Counted from the first letter of the stretch, positions 18,271-30,129 are shown. The stretch is 64,000 nt of DNA from an uncultured delta proteobacterium (GCA_963806225.1 CAWDXG010000004.1:1824001-1888000), one strand, 5' to 3'. Made by a program: numbers and translations. Notes: a model not told the origin generated them from the sequence alone.

Positions 18271-18777
18271 TCAGCTGGCCGGGGCCGAGAGCCGCCCGTC
18301 GGCGACGAGTCGCGCGAGATCCAGCGTTGTCACCAGCCCGACCAGCCGCCGCTCAGCCACGACGAGCACGCGGTGGACCGAGTGCTCGACCATCTGCCGG
18401 GCGGCCTCGGCGAGCGGGGCGTCGGGAGCGACCGAAATGACGTGGTCGGTCATGGCGTCGCGCACGCGCTCGCTCTGGAGGCGCTCCGCGACGCCGTGCG
18501 CCTCGCGCTCGGCCTCGTCCGGCAGCTCTTCGCCGGGCACCGGCCCGCCGATACCGGTGAAGTCGCGATAGAAGTCGAGCGCTGTCTCGGCCAGCACGCG
18601 CCCCACGCTGATCTGTTTGACGACATCAGAACGGGTGACCACACCGCACAGTCGGCCATGCTCGACCACCGGCGCACCGCTGATGCCCTCCTCCGTCAGG
18701 AATCGTTCGAGCTCGGCCAGGCTCATGTCCGGCTGCACCGTCCGGAGCCGCGTTGTCATCACATCACGTACGCGCAT
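18271..18777 (-). CDS. CBS-pair domain protein
   Basis: VRDVMT...ISGAPVV..GRLCGVVTRSD / VRDAMT...VHRVLVV..LVGLVTTLD. Confidence 0.9.
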   Translation of the reverse strand: MRVRDVMTTRLRTVQPDMSLAELERFLTEEGISGAPVVEHGRLCGVVTRSDVVKQISVGRVLAETALDFYRDFTGIGGPVPGEELPDEAEREAHGVAERLQSERVRDAMTDHVISVAPDAPLAEAARQMVEHSVHRVLVVAERRLVGLVTTLDLARLVADGRLSAPAS

Positions 18778-18823
18778 GGGTAGAGTGGTAACCACCCTCC
18801 GCGTGTCGCGACAGCCGCGCTGC

Positions 18824-21468
18824 TCACTCGTCCTGCTCGTCACCGGGTGGCGCCGCCGGGCGCCGGCGGAGGTCGGCGTGGATCTCCGGGTGCTCTGCCA
18901 GGTAGCGGTGGAGCGCAGCCCAGCCGATCTGGTCGAGCTCGTCGTCGGGGTCGCCGGGACCGGTCGCTACGCTCGGCGGCAGATGGTGCTCGAGCTGGTA
19001 GGCGATCCGCGAGCCCTCCGGCGGAGCACCCTTCATCGCCCACCACAGGATCGCGGGCAGATCCGGATTGCGGTCGGGACCGCGGAAGTCCATCTGCTGC
19101 GACCACGCCGCGCCGGCCGCACCACTGCCGTTCTTCGTGTCCGGCACGCTGCGCGGCAGCGCGTCGTACGGTGTGTAGTCCGGCTTCATGGTGAATGCGT
19201 CGTAGACGGGCGTCGCGAGCGCGTCCTCGCGGTTCATCGGAGGCAGACCCGAGGATCAGCTCGAAGCTCCGGAACAACGACGGGTACGACAGGTGCACCG
19301 AGCTCGTGTAGTGGTGCTTCGCCCAGGGGCTGATGACGATCAGGATGGAGCGGTGGTAGTCGACGTGATCGGCGCCCATCTGCGGGTCATCCTCGACCAG
19401 GAAGATGGCCGTGCTCTTCCAGTATTTCGAGTGCGAGATACGATCGACGAGGAGGCCCGTGGCGTAGTCGTTGTCGTTGATCATCGCCTGCGGTGTCAGC
19501 GCAGTGGGGCTGGTCCCGTTGGTGTGATCGTTCGGCAGGAGCACGTAGCTGAACGCGGGGAATTCGTCGTTGTCGATGAGCCGCTCGGCAACGTGGCGTG
19601 CCTTGTCCTCGTCCTTGATGCTCGTGTCGAAGAAGACGCCGGGGAAGTGGGTATCGACGTGGCTGAGCACCGTCTTGCCCGCGTACTGGCCGATGCTGCC
19701 CACCACCTCGCCGAAATCCGTGAAGCTCACATCGTGCTTGATGAGGTGGGTGAAGAACGTCCCGAAGCCGGGCTGCGCCCGCTCGAGCCCCGCGTCCCTG
19801 TCGGGGAAGTCGCCGCCGTGGCCGCGGTAGTTCTCGAGCCAGGTGCGCTCCATGTAGTCGTTCACGAACGACGCGGTCAGCCACAGGTGGCCCTGCACGC
19901 TGCACTCCGAGTCGGAGTAGAAGTTGTCGTGGCTCGTGAACATGGCCGCCAGCTTGTGCAGATTCGGCGTGATCTTCTTGCCGAACATGGCGAGCTTCGG
20001 GTCGCCGTTGCCGGTGCCGAGGTCGCCGAGCACGGTGTCGTAGGTCTTGTTCTCGCGCACGATGAGCACGACGTGCTCGATCGGCGTCCTGCCGCCCGCC
20101 ACCGTGGGGACGGGGAACTCGCCGTCCGTGCAGTCGAACGGATACACCGTGCTCGGGCGGCGCACGTTCGCCTCGACCTGGGCCGTCAGCTTCGGCAGAT
20201 CGATCGCGGACAGGTCAACGAGCGAGAGCGTCCCCTGCATCGCCGTCTTGCCGCTTTCGTCGCCGTTGCCGCCATAGTGGAGCAGCGGCCCGGTGCCGAT
20301 GCCCTTGGCGTTGGTCACTACGAGCTTGCCTCCGGACAGCGCCACGTCCGTCGGGTACCAGCCCACCGGGATCGCGCCGAGCGTCTTCAGCGTCGAGGCG
20401 TCGAGCACCGCGACGGCGTTGTCCGCCGCACGCGTCACGTACAGGCGGCCGGGCTTCGCATCCAGCGTGAGCCCCGACGGGCTGCTCGCGGGAAGCGGCG
20501 TGTTATCCTCGCCGGCGATGTCCGGCTCACCGACGAACACGGAACCGTCGACCTTGCGCGTGTTGGTGTCGATCGAGACCACGATGTCCTGATCGGTCAC
20601 GGTCGCATACACCCGCTTGCCGTCCGGCGAGGCGGCGAGCCCGAGCGGGTTTGCGCCGACGCTGACGCTCGCCACCTGCTTGCCCTGGGCGAGGTCGACG
20701 ACGGACAGGTCCTTGTCGCCGAAGCCGGAGACGTACAGCTCGTTCCGGGCCGGCAGTTCGACCACGCCGTAGGCGCGGCGCGAGAGCGGGATCTTCCGGC
20801 TGACGGTGAGCGTCGACGCGTCGATCTCCTCTACCGCCTCGTCGAGATAGCTGGTGACCCAGAGCGAGGAACCGTCGGAGGAGACCGCGACGCCGGCGGG
20901 ATAGCGGCCGACATCCACCTGCCCGCTGGCGGTGAGCGTGCCGTCCGCGGCCACGTCATAGACCTCGAGCATTTTCGTGGCGCCGCCGGACAGCGTACAG
21001 CCGCTTGCCGTCCGGCGACAACGCGAGCCCGTAGAAGCCTTCGCTACGTGGCAGATCCTGAAGCACCTTGCCGCTGTCGAACGAGACCACCTGCAGGCTG
21101 CGCTTCGAGTAGCCGGTATTCGCGACGTAGGCCACCGGCAGCGTGGGATGCGCGATCACCTGCACGGGGAACCCTCCGAGCACGGTATTCGTCCCAGTAG
21201 GCGTCAGCGCGCGGCCGTCGGGAAGCAGGAAAGGCTTGTCGTCCATCCGGAGCAGCGCCGGCGGCGGCGGCGGCGGCGCGCTGCATTTCGTGACGCCATT
21301 TCCGCTCGCATCTCCCGAGCTGCCGCTGCACGCGGCGAGCGAAAGCGAGAGCAGGACAGCAGCAATCTGCGGACGCGCGAACGGGTCGCGGCACGCTCCG
21401 CCTGTCGACCGGGGGCTTTGTCGCAGAGGAGAACTCCAGAGGGCTCGAGAAGTTGGGATCGCCAGCAT
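18824..21468 (-). CDS. YVTN/YncE beta-propeller plus phosphoesterase lipoprotein (frameshifts near 20975 and 19240)
   Basis: Lipobox LAAC, LLPDGRALTPTG, VG..P.G.A repeats, IEHVVLIVRENKTYD, LPNDHT, EDDPQ.GADHVD.HRS; start uncertain. Confidence 0.85.
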
Positions 21469-21537
21469 ACGCTGCCAGCCCGCGTGCAATCCACACCGGT
21501 GGCTTGCCGCTCGCGCCCAGGCGAAAGCCGGCGTAGG

Positions 21538-22437
21538 ATGCGCACCGTGGTCCGGCTCCGGGTAGGGTGCGCGGTGAGCATTCTCGGCGCGTTGGTTGTT
21601 CTTTGTTCCGCGCCGGGGGCGCACGCCGAGAGTCGCGGGTTCTGGTACGACCCGCCCCCGGTCACGACGCCACCCGCGACGGCGGACCAACCCGCGCCGG
21701 TGGAGCCCGCCTCCGCCGACACGACCGAAGCGCCTGCACCCGTCGAGCGCCCGTTCCTCTACCTGGTCGATCCGACGCTGCCCAGGCCGATGCACGTCGT
21801 CGCCGGCTACGCGGCGGGCTACTCGTCGACGGACGCGGCAACGCGCCCGCTCGCAGCCACGGCGAACCGGAGCGGGCTGGTGAACGAGCTCAGGGTCGAG
21901 GGTGCGCTGCACGAGCGCTTCGCGCCGTTCGTCGGCGGTCTGCTCGCGCCGCCCGCTCCGGGTGAGCACAGCGCCCGCACGGCACTGCGGGCAGGCGCCC
22001 GCGTGCTCGTGACGGATCCGGCCTCGCACGGATTCCGGCTGGCACTGTCGGCGGCCTACACGCGCGACTTCCAGCAGACGAGCGGCGTCTTCGCGCGCGC
22101 GACGGCAAGCTACGATCTCGGCCCGCTGCGGCTCGCTTCCATGGTCCATAGCGAGAAGATGTTCTCGACTGCGCGGGATCAGATCGATCTGTACGCCGTA
22201 GCGGGTGCGTCGTACCGCGTGCTCGATTCGCTGCGGGTGGGGGTCGAATACGTCGCTCAGGACATCGAAGGTGCGTGGGCCGCGAACGAAGCGGAGGGAG
22301 GGATCCGGCACTTTGCCGGAGCGGATCTGGCGTGGTCGTACGACCGGCGGCTGCTGGTGACGGCCGGGCCGGCTTTCGGGCTGGGTGCGCCCGCCCCTGC
22401 ACTACTCGGCCGGGCATCCGTCGCGTACCTGTTCTGA
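21538..22437 (+). CDS. Putative outer-membrane beta-barrel protein
   Basis: Signal peptide ending AHA, alternating beta-strand pattern, C-terminal YLF. Confidence 0.6.
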   Translation: MRTVVRLRVGCAVSILGALVVLCSAPGAHAESRGFWYDPPPVTTPPATADQPAPVEPASADTTEAPAPVERPFLYLVDPTLPRPMHVVAGYAAGYSSTDAATRPLAATANRSGLVNELRVEGALHERFAPFVGGLLAPPAPGEHSARTALRAGARVLVTDPASHGFRLALSAAYTRDFQQTSGVFARATASYDLGPLRLASMVHSEKMFSTARDQIDLYAVAGASYRVLDSLRVGVEYVAQDIEGAWAANEAEGGIRHFAGADLAWSYDRRLLVTAGPAFGLGAPAPALLGRASVAYLF

Positions 22438-22582
22438 GCCGCAGCGGCTCGGCCGGGAGCTGGCCCCGGCCCGTGGCTGGTTGCCACACCCGGTGCAGCA
22501 TACGCGCAGCCATTGCACGTGATCGCGGCCATTTCGCGCCGCGGGGACGCGTCGATCTGCAATCGCAGCAGTTCACACGTGC

Positions 22583-22597
22583 TGGCACGCGGTTTGC
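22583..22597 (+). promoter_or_regulatory. sigma54 -24/-12 promoter of the Ser/Thr kinase gene
   Basis: TGGCACGCGGTTTGC matches TGGCACG-N4-TTGC, 20 nt upstream of ATG 22617. Confidence 0.7.
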
Positions 22598-22616
22598 GAT
22601 CACCTGCACCGGATCG

Positions 22617-24077
22617 ATGGTTTCCTCACCTGCAGTTCCTGTTGCCGGGATCGAGCGTCGTCTGGATTCGCGCCAGACAGCGGTGGGGAACTCGCTGCAG
22701 CTGGCCCGTTCCCTGCCCGCACCGGCGGACATGGTGGGACAGGTACTTCGCGATACCTATCGCATCCTGCAGGTACTCGACCACGGCGGAATGGGCGTGG
22801 TGCTGGACGCCGAGCACCTCAGGCTGCATCGCCGTGTCGCGGTGAAGGTGCTGCTCCTCGCGGATTCCGCAGCTCTGGCGCGCTTCCAGCGCGAGGCGGA
22901 AATCATCAGTCAGCTCTCGCACCCGCACATCGTCCAGATCATCGACTACGACACCACCAGCGACAACCAGCCGTACATCGTGATGGAACGCCTGCACGGC
23001 GAAAGCCTGGCCGCGCGGTTGGACCGCGAGCGCGTGGTGCCGATGTCCGAGGTCGTACGCATCGCAGGCCAGATCTCGTCGGGGCTTGCGGCTGCACACC
23101 AGCTGGCGATCGTGCATCGCGATCTGAAACCGGCGAACGTGTTCATGGTGAATGTGCCCGGCGAGCCGCCCTTCGTGAAACTGCTCGATTTCGGCATCAG
23201 CAAGCGCGTCGGAGCGGCGCAGGCCCTGACACGCGAGCGCGACGTGCTCGGGAACCCCGGACTACATGGCGCCGGAGCAGGCGGTCGGACACACCGGCGG
23301 CGCCGATCACCGCGCCGATCAGTATGCGCTGGCCGTGATGGTGTACGAGATGCTCTCCGGCCAGCTGCCGTTCGACGGCGACGACGTGTTGGCCGTGCTC
23401 TACCAGGTCGTCCACGAGCGAGCGCCGGCGCTGTCGGAAGTGGCTCCGCCATGGGTGCCGCGCGCCGTGAGCGACGTGGTGGCCCGGGCCATGGCGAAGC
23501 GTCCGGGTGACCGCTTCGCGACGGTGACCGATTTCGCGGCCGCGCTGGCCAGAGCCTCGGGTTGCGCGTTGCCGACCAGCCTGCAGCAGACCTCGCCGGC
23601 CCTGTCGGTGCCGGATTGGGTGACCCGCCCCACGTCGTCGCGCCGCTCCTCGACCGGGCCGGCGTCGCGGGCCGATCACCGCGGACCCCGCCGCCGAGGT
23701 CGCGGCGGCGGTCGACCAGGCGCGCAGCGCGCTCGGCAGGGGCGAGGTGGAGCTTGCCGCGCGCTATGCCGAGACGGCCCTGGAGGTCGCCGAGCGCGCC
23801 GGGGGCGAAGGAGTAGAAGCTGCGCTGGAGCTGTCGACACCGGCGCTCGAGCGGGTGTTCGAGGCGAAGCTGGGCGGTCTGCGTTCGGAGCTCGCGGATC
23901 GAGCGTGTGCCCTCTTCGGCGGAAGGAGGGATGACCTCCGCGGAAGCCTTCCTCATCTCGCGCGTGGACGGTGGCACCACGGTCGAGGAAGTGCTCGACC
24001 TGTCGCCGCTACCGCGCCTGGCGAGCCTCAGGCTGCTCGTTGCGCTGCTCAAGCACGGCGTCATGCGCATCGACTAG
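22617..24077 (+). CDS. Ser/Thr protein kinase with C-terminal helical domain (about three frameshifts)
   Basis: GGMG.V, VAVKVL, HRDLKPAN, DFG, then MAPEQ in the next frame; C-terminal AEAFLISRVDG.TTVEEVLDLS ends at TAG 24077. Confidence 0.85.
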
Positions 24078-24689
24078 GTCCGGCAACGTGCCGTCGAAAC
24101 AGGTGATGGTGTTCGGTGCCTCGGGGCGCGACCAGAGCGCGCGCACCGGCGCGGACGGCGTGCCCTCCGCGAGTCCCTCGGCCGCCGACCATGCCGGTGT
24201 CTCGCCTGGGCCAAGCACGTGCAATCCGCTCTGCCAGACGCCGATCACGTAGGTGTGCCCGGCGCTGCGGCAACCAAGGAACGAGCTCCACGCCGCTGCG
24301 AAAGCCTGTCCGCGTTCAGCGCCGAAGGTCTCGCAGGTGCGGAACCACCACAGCGCGTCCGGCACCAGCCGCTCGCGGATGCGCGCAAGCCGGCGTTGGT
24401 GCGAATGACCTGGCTCGAGCGAGCGCAGCGAGAGTTCCTCCTCGCCGACGCGTGCCAGTCCCCATTTCCCGTGTCCCCAGAACTGGATCTCCGCGACCCT
24501 GCGCTCCGGCTCCACGTCGCCCAGCCAGTCGAGCGCCTGCTCCCACGACTCCACGCCGCGCGCGAGATCGATCAGGCCGCGCGTGCGGTACAGCCGGGCG
24601 CCGGCCGCCCAGGCGTGGCTCAGACCGGGCAGGAGCGGGCGTCCGCGGCAGGTGCGGTCGTAGACGAGCAGGCGGAGCGCGTCGCTCAT
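24009..24689 (-). CDS. DUF4347-like protein with His-Gly/Cys dyad (putative clan CD cysteine protease)
   Basis: EIQFWGHG ... WWFRTCET; starts 37 nt after the ACP stop. Confidence 0.55.
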   Translation of the reverse strand: MSDALRLLVYDRTCRGRPLLPGLSHAWAAGARLYRTRGLIDLARGVESWEQALDWLGDVEPERRVAEIQFWGHGKWGLARVGEEELSLRSLEPGHSHQRRLARIRERLVPDALWWFRTCETFGAERGQAFAAAWSSFLGCRSAGHTYVIGVWQSGLHVLGPGETPAWSAAEGLAEGTPSAPVRALWSRPEAPNTITCFDGTLPDLVDAHDAVLEQRNEQPEARQAR

Positions 24690-24726
24690 CCGCCGAGAGT
24701 GTCACGGCAGAGGTCGCTCCGCACGC

Positions 24727-24978
24727 TCACGCCGCCGGCAATCGGCCAGCCAGGTACGCCGTCGCGCTGTCGATGCTGAAAAGCCTGGGGTAGTCGCTCT
24801 CGGGGATGTCGACGCCCAGCCGCTCGTGCAGCGCGACCACGATGTTCAGGAAGTCCATCGAATCGATGTCCAGCTCCTCGCGGAGGTCGGCGCTGCGATC
24901 GATACGCCCAGGCTCCGCTTCGGGCGCGATCTTCGTGATGGACGCGAACAGCGCGTTCTCGATCTCGGTGCGGGTCAT
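24727..24978 (-). CDS. Acyl carrier protein
   Basis: LDIDSMD phosphopantetheine motif, acidic 83 aa, GVDIPESD. Confidence 0.9.
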   Translation of the reverse strand: MTRTEIENALFASITKIAPEAEPGRIDRSADLREELDIDSMDFLNIVVALHERLGVDIPESDYPRLFSIDSATAYLAGRLPAA

Positions 24979-26225
24979 AGCTTCTCCGGCTGCTGCAGGA
25001 TGCGATCGATCGCCGCCAGGAACAGCGCTCCGCGGTGGCCGTCACTGACGCGGTGATCCGCTGCGAGACTGGCGTGGACGAGCGGGCGCGGCACCACCCG
25101 GCCGTCGACCACCCACGGGCGCTCGACCAGCTTGCCGAACCCCACGATCGCCACCTGCGGCGGGTAGATCACCGGCAGAAGCGCCTCGACGCCGCGTTCA
25201 CCCAGGCTGGTGACGGTGATCGTCGCGTCGGACAGCTCCGAGCTCCTCATGCGTCCGGCACGCACCCGCTGCACCAGATCCCGGAACGCCTGCATCAGCT
25301 CGAGCAGGCTCTGCTGATCCGTGTCGTGCAGCGCGGGAGCCACCAGCCCGCCCTGTCGCATCGAGATGGCCGTCGCCCACGTGGATGTGCGCGAGCTGCT
25401 CGGCGTGGTCCCCTCGCCACGCGGCGTTCTGTTCCGGGAACTCACGCAGGGCGAGCGCCACGGCCTTGAGCAGCAGCACGCCGTAGATCAGCCGCTCGCC
25501 GACGGGACTGCGCGTATTGTGCTCCTCGAGCCAAGCCATCGCGCGGGCCGAAGTCGATGGTGTGGCTGACGTAGTAGTGCGGGATCTCGCGCTTGGAACG
25601 CGCCATCGCGGCGGCGATCGCCTGGCGCATGCGCTCGGCGGCGGCTGTGGGAACGGCGAGCGTCGGTGCGGCGACGCGCTGCCGGGCCGCCTGCTGGATG
25701 TCCTCGCGCGTGATGGCTCCGCCGGGCCCCGTGCCGCGCAGCGCTGCTCGCATCCACGGATAGCTCCCGCGCAAGACGTCGCGCCGACGGCGAGATGCGG
25801 AGCCGTTGCGCCTGTCTGTGCACCTCCGGGGCGTGCAGCGAGGCGGCGGACGGCGCGGGCTCCGGACGTGGAGTGGGCGGCGGTGGCGCGGGCTGGGCGG
25901 CGGCAGGCGGCGCGGGCTGGGCGGCGGCAGGCGGCGCGGGCTGGGCGGCGGCAGGCGGCGCGGGCCGGGGCCGCGGCGCGGTCTGCGCCTCCTCGTCGCG
26001 AATGACGGCCAGCGGCGTCCCCACCGGCACCTTCGTGCCGGGCTCGACGAGCAGGCGGTCGATCACGCCGGCACTGAACACCTCGACCTCGATCACGCCC
26101 TTGTCGGTGTCGACCTCGGCGACGATGTCGCCACGGGCCACGCGATCGCCGGGCTGCTTGAGCCACGCGACCAGCGTGCCGGCCTCCATGTCGGCGCCCA
26201 GCGACGGCATGACGAACTCAGTCAT
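24975..26225 (-). CDS. pdhC: Dihydrolipoamide acyltransferase E2 (frameshifted)
   Basis: [11 protein letters not shown], lipoyl-Lys [16 protein letters not shown] binding domain, catalytic DHRVSDG. Confidence 0.88.
25885..25965. repeat. 24-bp tandem repeat encoding the PAPPAAAQ linker of E2
   Basis: GGCGCGGGCTGGGCGGCGGCAGGC three times plus a partial copy. Confidence 0.85.
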
Positions 26226-27205
26226 CGCCGAAGAGCCCTCTGGCGGCGGCCACGATCGCCGGCGGCTGCGGCAGCGCGGCGTCCTCGAGATGCTTCGCGT
26301 AGGGTATCGGCACTTCCGCGCTGCACACGCGCGCGACCGGCGCATCCAGCTGCGTAGAACGCGCGCTCCATGATGGTCGCGCTCACCTCGGCGGCGAAGC
26401 TGCCCGTGCGCCAGCCCTCGTCGACGACCACCGCGCGGTGGGTCTTCTCGACGCTGGCGGTGACCGCGTCCACATCGAGCGGCCGGAGCGTGCGCAGATC
26501 GAGCACCTCGGCGTCGATGCCCTGCGCCGGCGAGCTCCTCCGCCGCTTGCAAGCGTCTTGCCGAGCGACCCGCCGTAGGTGATGAGGCTCACCTCGGTGC
26601 CGACGCGGCGCACCAGCGCCTCGCCGATCACCGCTGGCGGCGCATCCTCGTCCACCTCGCCCTCGGTGTTGTAGAGCACCTGGTGCTCGAAGATGAACAC
26701 CGGATCCGGATCGGGAAACGCCGCCAGGAGCAGGCCGCGCGCGTCCGCCGGCGTCGCGGGCGCGAGCACCTTGATGCCCGGGATGTGCGCGTACCACCCT
26801 TCCAGGCTGTGCGAGTGCTGCGCGGCCAGCTGCCGACCCGCGCCGGTCGCCATGCGCACCACCACCGGCACGCTGAGCTGCCCGCCGGACATGTGCCGGA
26901 GCGTGCCGCGCGTTGTTCACGATCTGGTCGAGCGCGAGCAGGCTGAAGTTGACGGTCATGATCTCGACGATCGGGCGCATCCCGCCGAGCGCGGCGCCGA
27001 TCCCGGCGCCCATGAACGTCGACTCGCTGAGCGGCGTGTCGCGGATGCGCTCGGGGCCGAACTCCTCGAGAAGCCCCTTGCTGACGGCGTAGGCGCCGCC
27101 GTAGCGGCCCACGTCCTCGCCCATCAGGAAGACGCGCGGGTCGCTCGAGGAGCGCCTGGCGCAGCGCCGAACGCACGGCCTCGCGGTAGGTCATGCGTCG
27201 GTCAT
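26222..27205 (-). CDS. pdhB: 2-oxoacid (pyruvate) dehydrogenase E1 beta subunit (frameshifted)
   Basis: [41 protein letters not shown]. Confidence 0.9.
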
Positions 27206-28183
27206 GGCGCCACCCCCGGCGTGTAGACGTCCGTCTCGAGATCCTCGACCGGCTCGAGCGGCGCGGCCTCGGCCTCCTCGACCGCCGCGGCGATCGTGCC
27301 GCCGATTTCCGCTTCATCGCTCCGAGCGTCGCGTCGTCGAGCCAGCCGCGTTCGCGGAGCAGGTGCGAGAAGTTGTCGATCGGATCGTGCATCGTCGACC
27401 ACTGCTCGACCTCCTCTTTGCTGCGGTAGAGCTCCGCGTCGTACATGGAGTGCGCACGGAAACGGTACGTGCGCGCCTCCACGTAGTACGGCAGCCCGCG
27501 TCTCCATCACGTGCAAGACGGCCTTCCGCGCTCCCTCCTCGCACTGCGAGCACGTCCATGCCGTCGACGCATTCGCGACGTCGATGCCATAGGCGCGCGG
27601 CTTGACGCAGAGGTCGGTCACGGCCTCGTGGCGCTCGAGCGCGGTGCCCATCGCGTAGCGGTTGTTCTCGCACACGAACAGCACAGGCAGCCTCCACAGC
27701 GCCGCCAGGTTCAGCGACTCGTGGTATTCGCCCTCGTCGGTGGCACCGTCACCGAAGAAGCACGCCGTCACGGCCTTGCGTTTCTGCATTCGGTCGGCCA
27801 GCGCGAGCCCGACGGCGACCGGCAGACCGCCCGCCACGATCGCGTGGCCGCCGTAGAGGCGCCGTTCGGCGTCGAACAGGTGCATCGAGCCGCCCCGTCC
27901 GCGGCTGCAACCCGTCATCTTGCCGAACATCTCCGCCATCACCGAGCCGGGCGGGGTGCCGCGCAGCAGCGCGTGACCGTGCTCGCGGTAGGTCGCCACG
28001 ATGTTGTCCTCCGCGCGCAGGGCCTGCATGAAACCGACCGCTACGGCTTCTTCGCCGATGTACAGGTGCAGGAAATCCGCGGATCTTTCCCAGGCTGTAC
28101 ATCTCGCTGCACTTCTCTTCGAAACGCCGTACCAGGAGCATCTCGCGCAGCAGCTCGAGCCCGTGATCCTTGTCCAGATTCAT
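27202..28183 (-). CDS. pdhA: Pyruvate dehydrogenase E1 alpha subunit (frameshifted)
   Basis: RRFEEKC, YREHGH, GRGGSMH, TPP motif GDGA...[12 protein letters not shown]. Confidence 0.9.
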
Positions 28184-29933
28184 GACTCCGCTCCTTCCAG
28201 CGTGGAGGTGTCGCCCTCTTCCAGCCCGAGCTCGCGGGCCTTGAGCAGGCGCCGCATGATCTTGCCGCTGCGCGTCCTCGGAAGCGTGGCGGAGAACGCG
28301 AGCTCCTTCGGCGCGACGGCGGCACCCAGCCGCTTGCGCGCGAACCCGACGAGCTCCCGCTCGAGCTGCTCGCCCGGCGTGTAGCCGTCCTTCAGCGTGA
28401 CGAACGCCTTGACGATCTCGCCGGCAACGGGGTCCGGTTTGCCGATGACGCCGGCCTCGGCAACAGCTGGATGCTCGAGCAGCACGCTCTCGACTTCGAA
28501 CGGCCCAATCAGGTGGCCTGCGCTCTTGATCACGTCGTCGGCGCGACCGATGAACCAGAAGTAGCCGTCCTCGTCGCGGCGCGCGAGGTCGCCGCTCAGA
28601 TACCAGCCGCCGGCAAAGCACTTGTCGTAGCGCTCTGCTGCGTTCAGATAGCCGCGGAACATCGAAGGCCACCCCGGCCTGAGCGCGAGCTCGCCCTGCT
28701 CGCCGGCTCCGAGCTCGCTGACAGAGCCGTCGCGCTCGCGCCGTACGATGCCTGCCTCGATACCTGGCAACGGTTTCCCCATCGATCCGGGGCGCACGTC
28801 CATCGAGGCGTAGTTGGCGATCATGATCCCGCCCGTTTCCGTCTGCCACCAGTTGTCGTGGAACGGCATGCCGAAGGCCTCGCTGTCCCCAGACAACGGC
28901 CTCGGGGTTCAGCGGCTCACCCACGCTCGCCATGAAGCGCAGGCCGACAGGTCGTGGCGGCGCACCGGCTCGATGCCGCCCTTCATCAGCATGCGGATTG
29001 CCGTCGGCGCCGTGTACCAGACACTGACGTGCTGGTCCTCGAGCGTTCGTACCATCGCTCGAGCTCGAACTCGGCTTCGTCCACGATCATGGTCACGCCG
29101 TTCGTGAGCGGTGCGATGATTCCGTACGACGTGCCGGTGACCCAACCGGGATCGGCTGTGCACCAGAAGATGTCGCCCTCATGCAGGTCGAGCGCCAGGC
29201 GACCCGTCGTGTGGTGCATGACCACCGCTTCGTGCACGTGCACCGCGCCTTTCGGCGTGCCGGTCGTGCCGCTCGTGAAGTGGAGCAGCGCCATGTCTTC
29301 CGGATCGGTCGGCGGGATCCGGTATCCTGGCTCGGCCTGGTCGATCAGCGCGTCGAAGTCGAGTGTGTCCGGGAAGCGGCCGCTGCTCTTCACGAGGATC
29401 ACGTGCTCGATGCCGGGAGCGAGTCGCGGATCGGCTCGAGCTTGCGCCGGAACAGGGCCTCGGTGGTGACCAGCACCCTCGGGCTGCCCAGGGTCACACG
29501 CGCCTTGATCGGCTCCGGTCCGAACGCAGAGAAGAGCGGACAGAACACCGCCCGGTGCTTGAGCGTGCCGAGCGCCGTGATGTAGAGCGCCGGCTCGCGA
29601 CCCATGAGCGAGAAGACGCGATCGCCGGCCTTCACGCCCAGCCGGTCGAGCGCGTTGGCGAAGCGGCCGCTGAGCTCGCCGAGACGCGCATACGACAGAT
29701 CCTGTTCCTCCCCGTTTGTCGAGAAACCGGATCGCGATGCGCTCGCCCCGACCCGCAGCGACGTGCCGGTCCAGCGCCTCGTACGCGATGTTCAGTCCCC
29801 GGCCGCCGGGCAGTCCGGCCAGAGCGCGCCGGGCCGCCTCCCAGGAGAAGGCCAGGCGGTCGGCCTCGTAGTCGCGCAGGTGTGGAGCCACCGCGCCGCT
29901 CTCGAACCGCTTCCCGATGATCACGGGCTCCAC
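28180..29933 (-). CDS. acsA: Acetate--CoA ligase (frameshifted)
   Basis: [58 protein letters not shown] start after GGAGG. Confidence 0.9.
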
Positions 29934-29957
29934 GCCACCCTCCCGCCTTCGCGGAGG

Positions 29958-29972
29958 GCAAACGACGTTCCA
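29958..29972 (-). promoter_or_regulatory. sigma54 -24/-12 promoter of the acsA operon
   Basis: Minus strand TGGAACGTCGTTTGC (GG-N10-GC), 25 nt upstream of the acsA start. Confidence 0.7.
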
Positions 29973-30114
29973 TGGCAATGGCTCGCAGAGGCACGCGCAA
30001 TCGGACAGCCTCGCCGCAAGAAATGCGCCGATGGCGCGGACGCCGGCGAGCGGTGCGTGGAAGTCCATTGGCCCTGGACAGGTGGATCGGGAGCGCTGAA
30101 AGCCAGCCGGAGCC

Positions 30115-30129
30115 TGGCACGCATCCTGC
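30115..30129 (+). promoter_or_regulatory. sigma54 -24/-12 promoter of the sensor kinase gene
   Basis: TGGCACGCATCCTGC (GG-N10-GC), about 45 nt upstream of ATG 30175. Confidence 0.7.

Noticed and set aside
24727..29933. Complete PKS/NRPS biosynthetic cluster
   Set aside because: No ketosynthase, condensation domain or PPTase gene near the ACP within this window.
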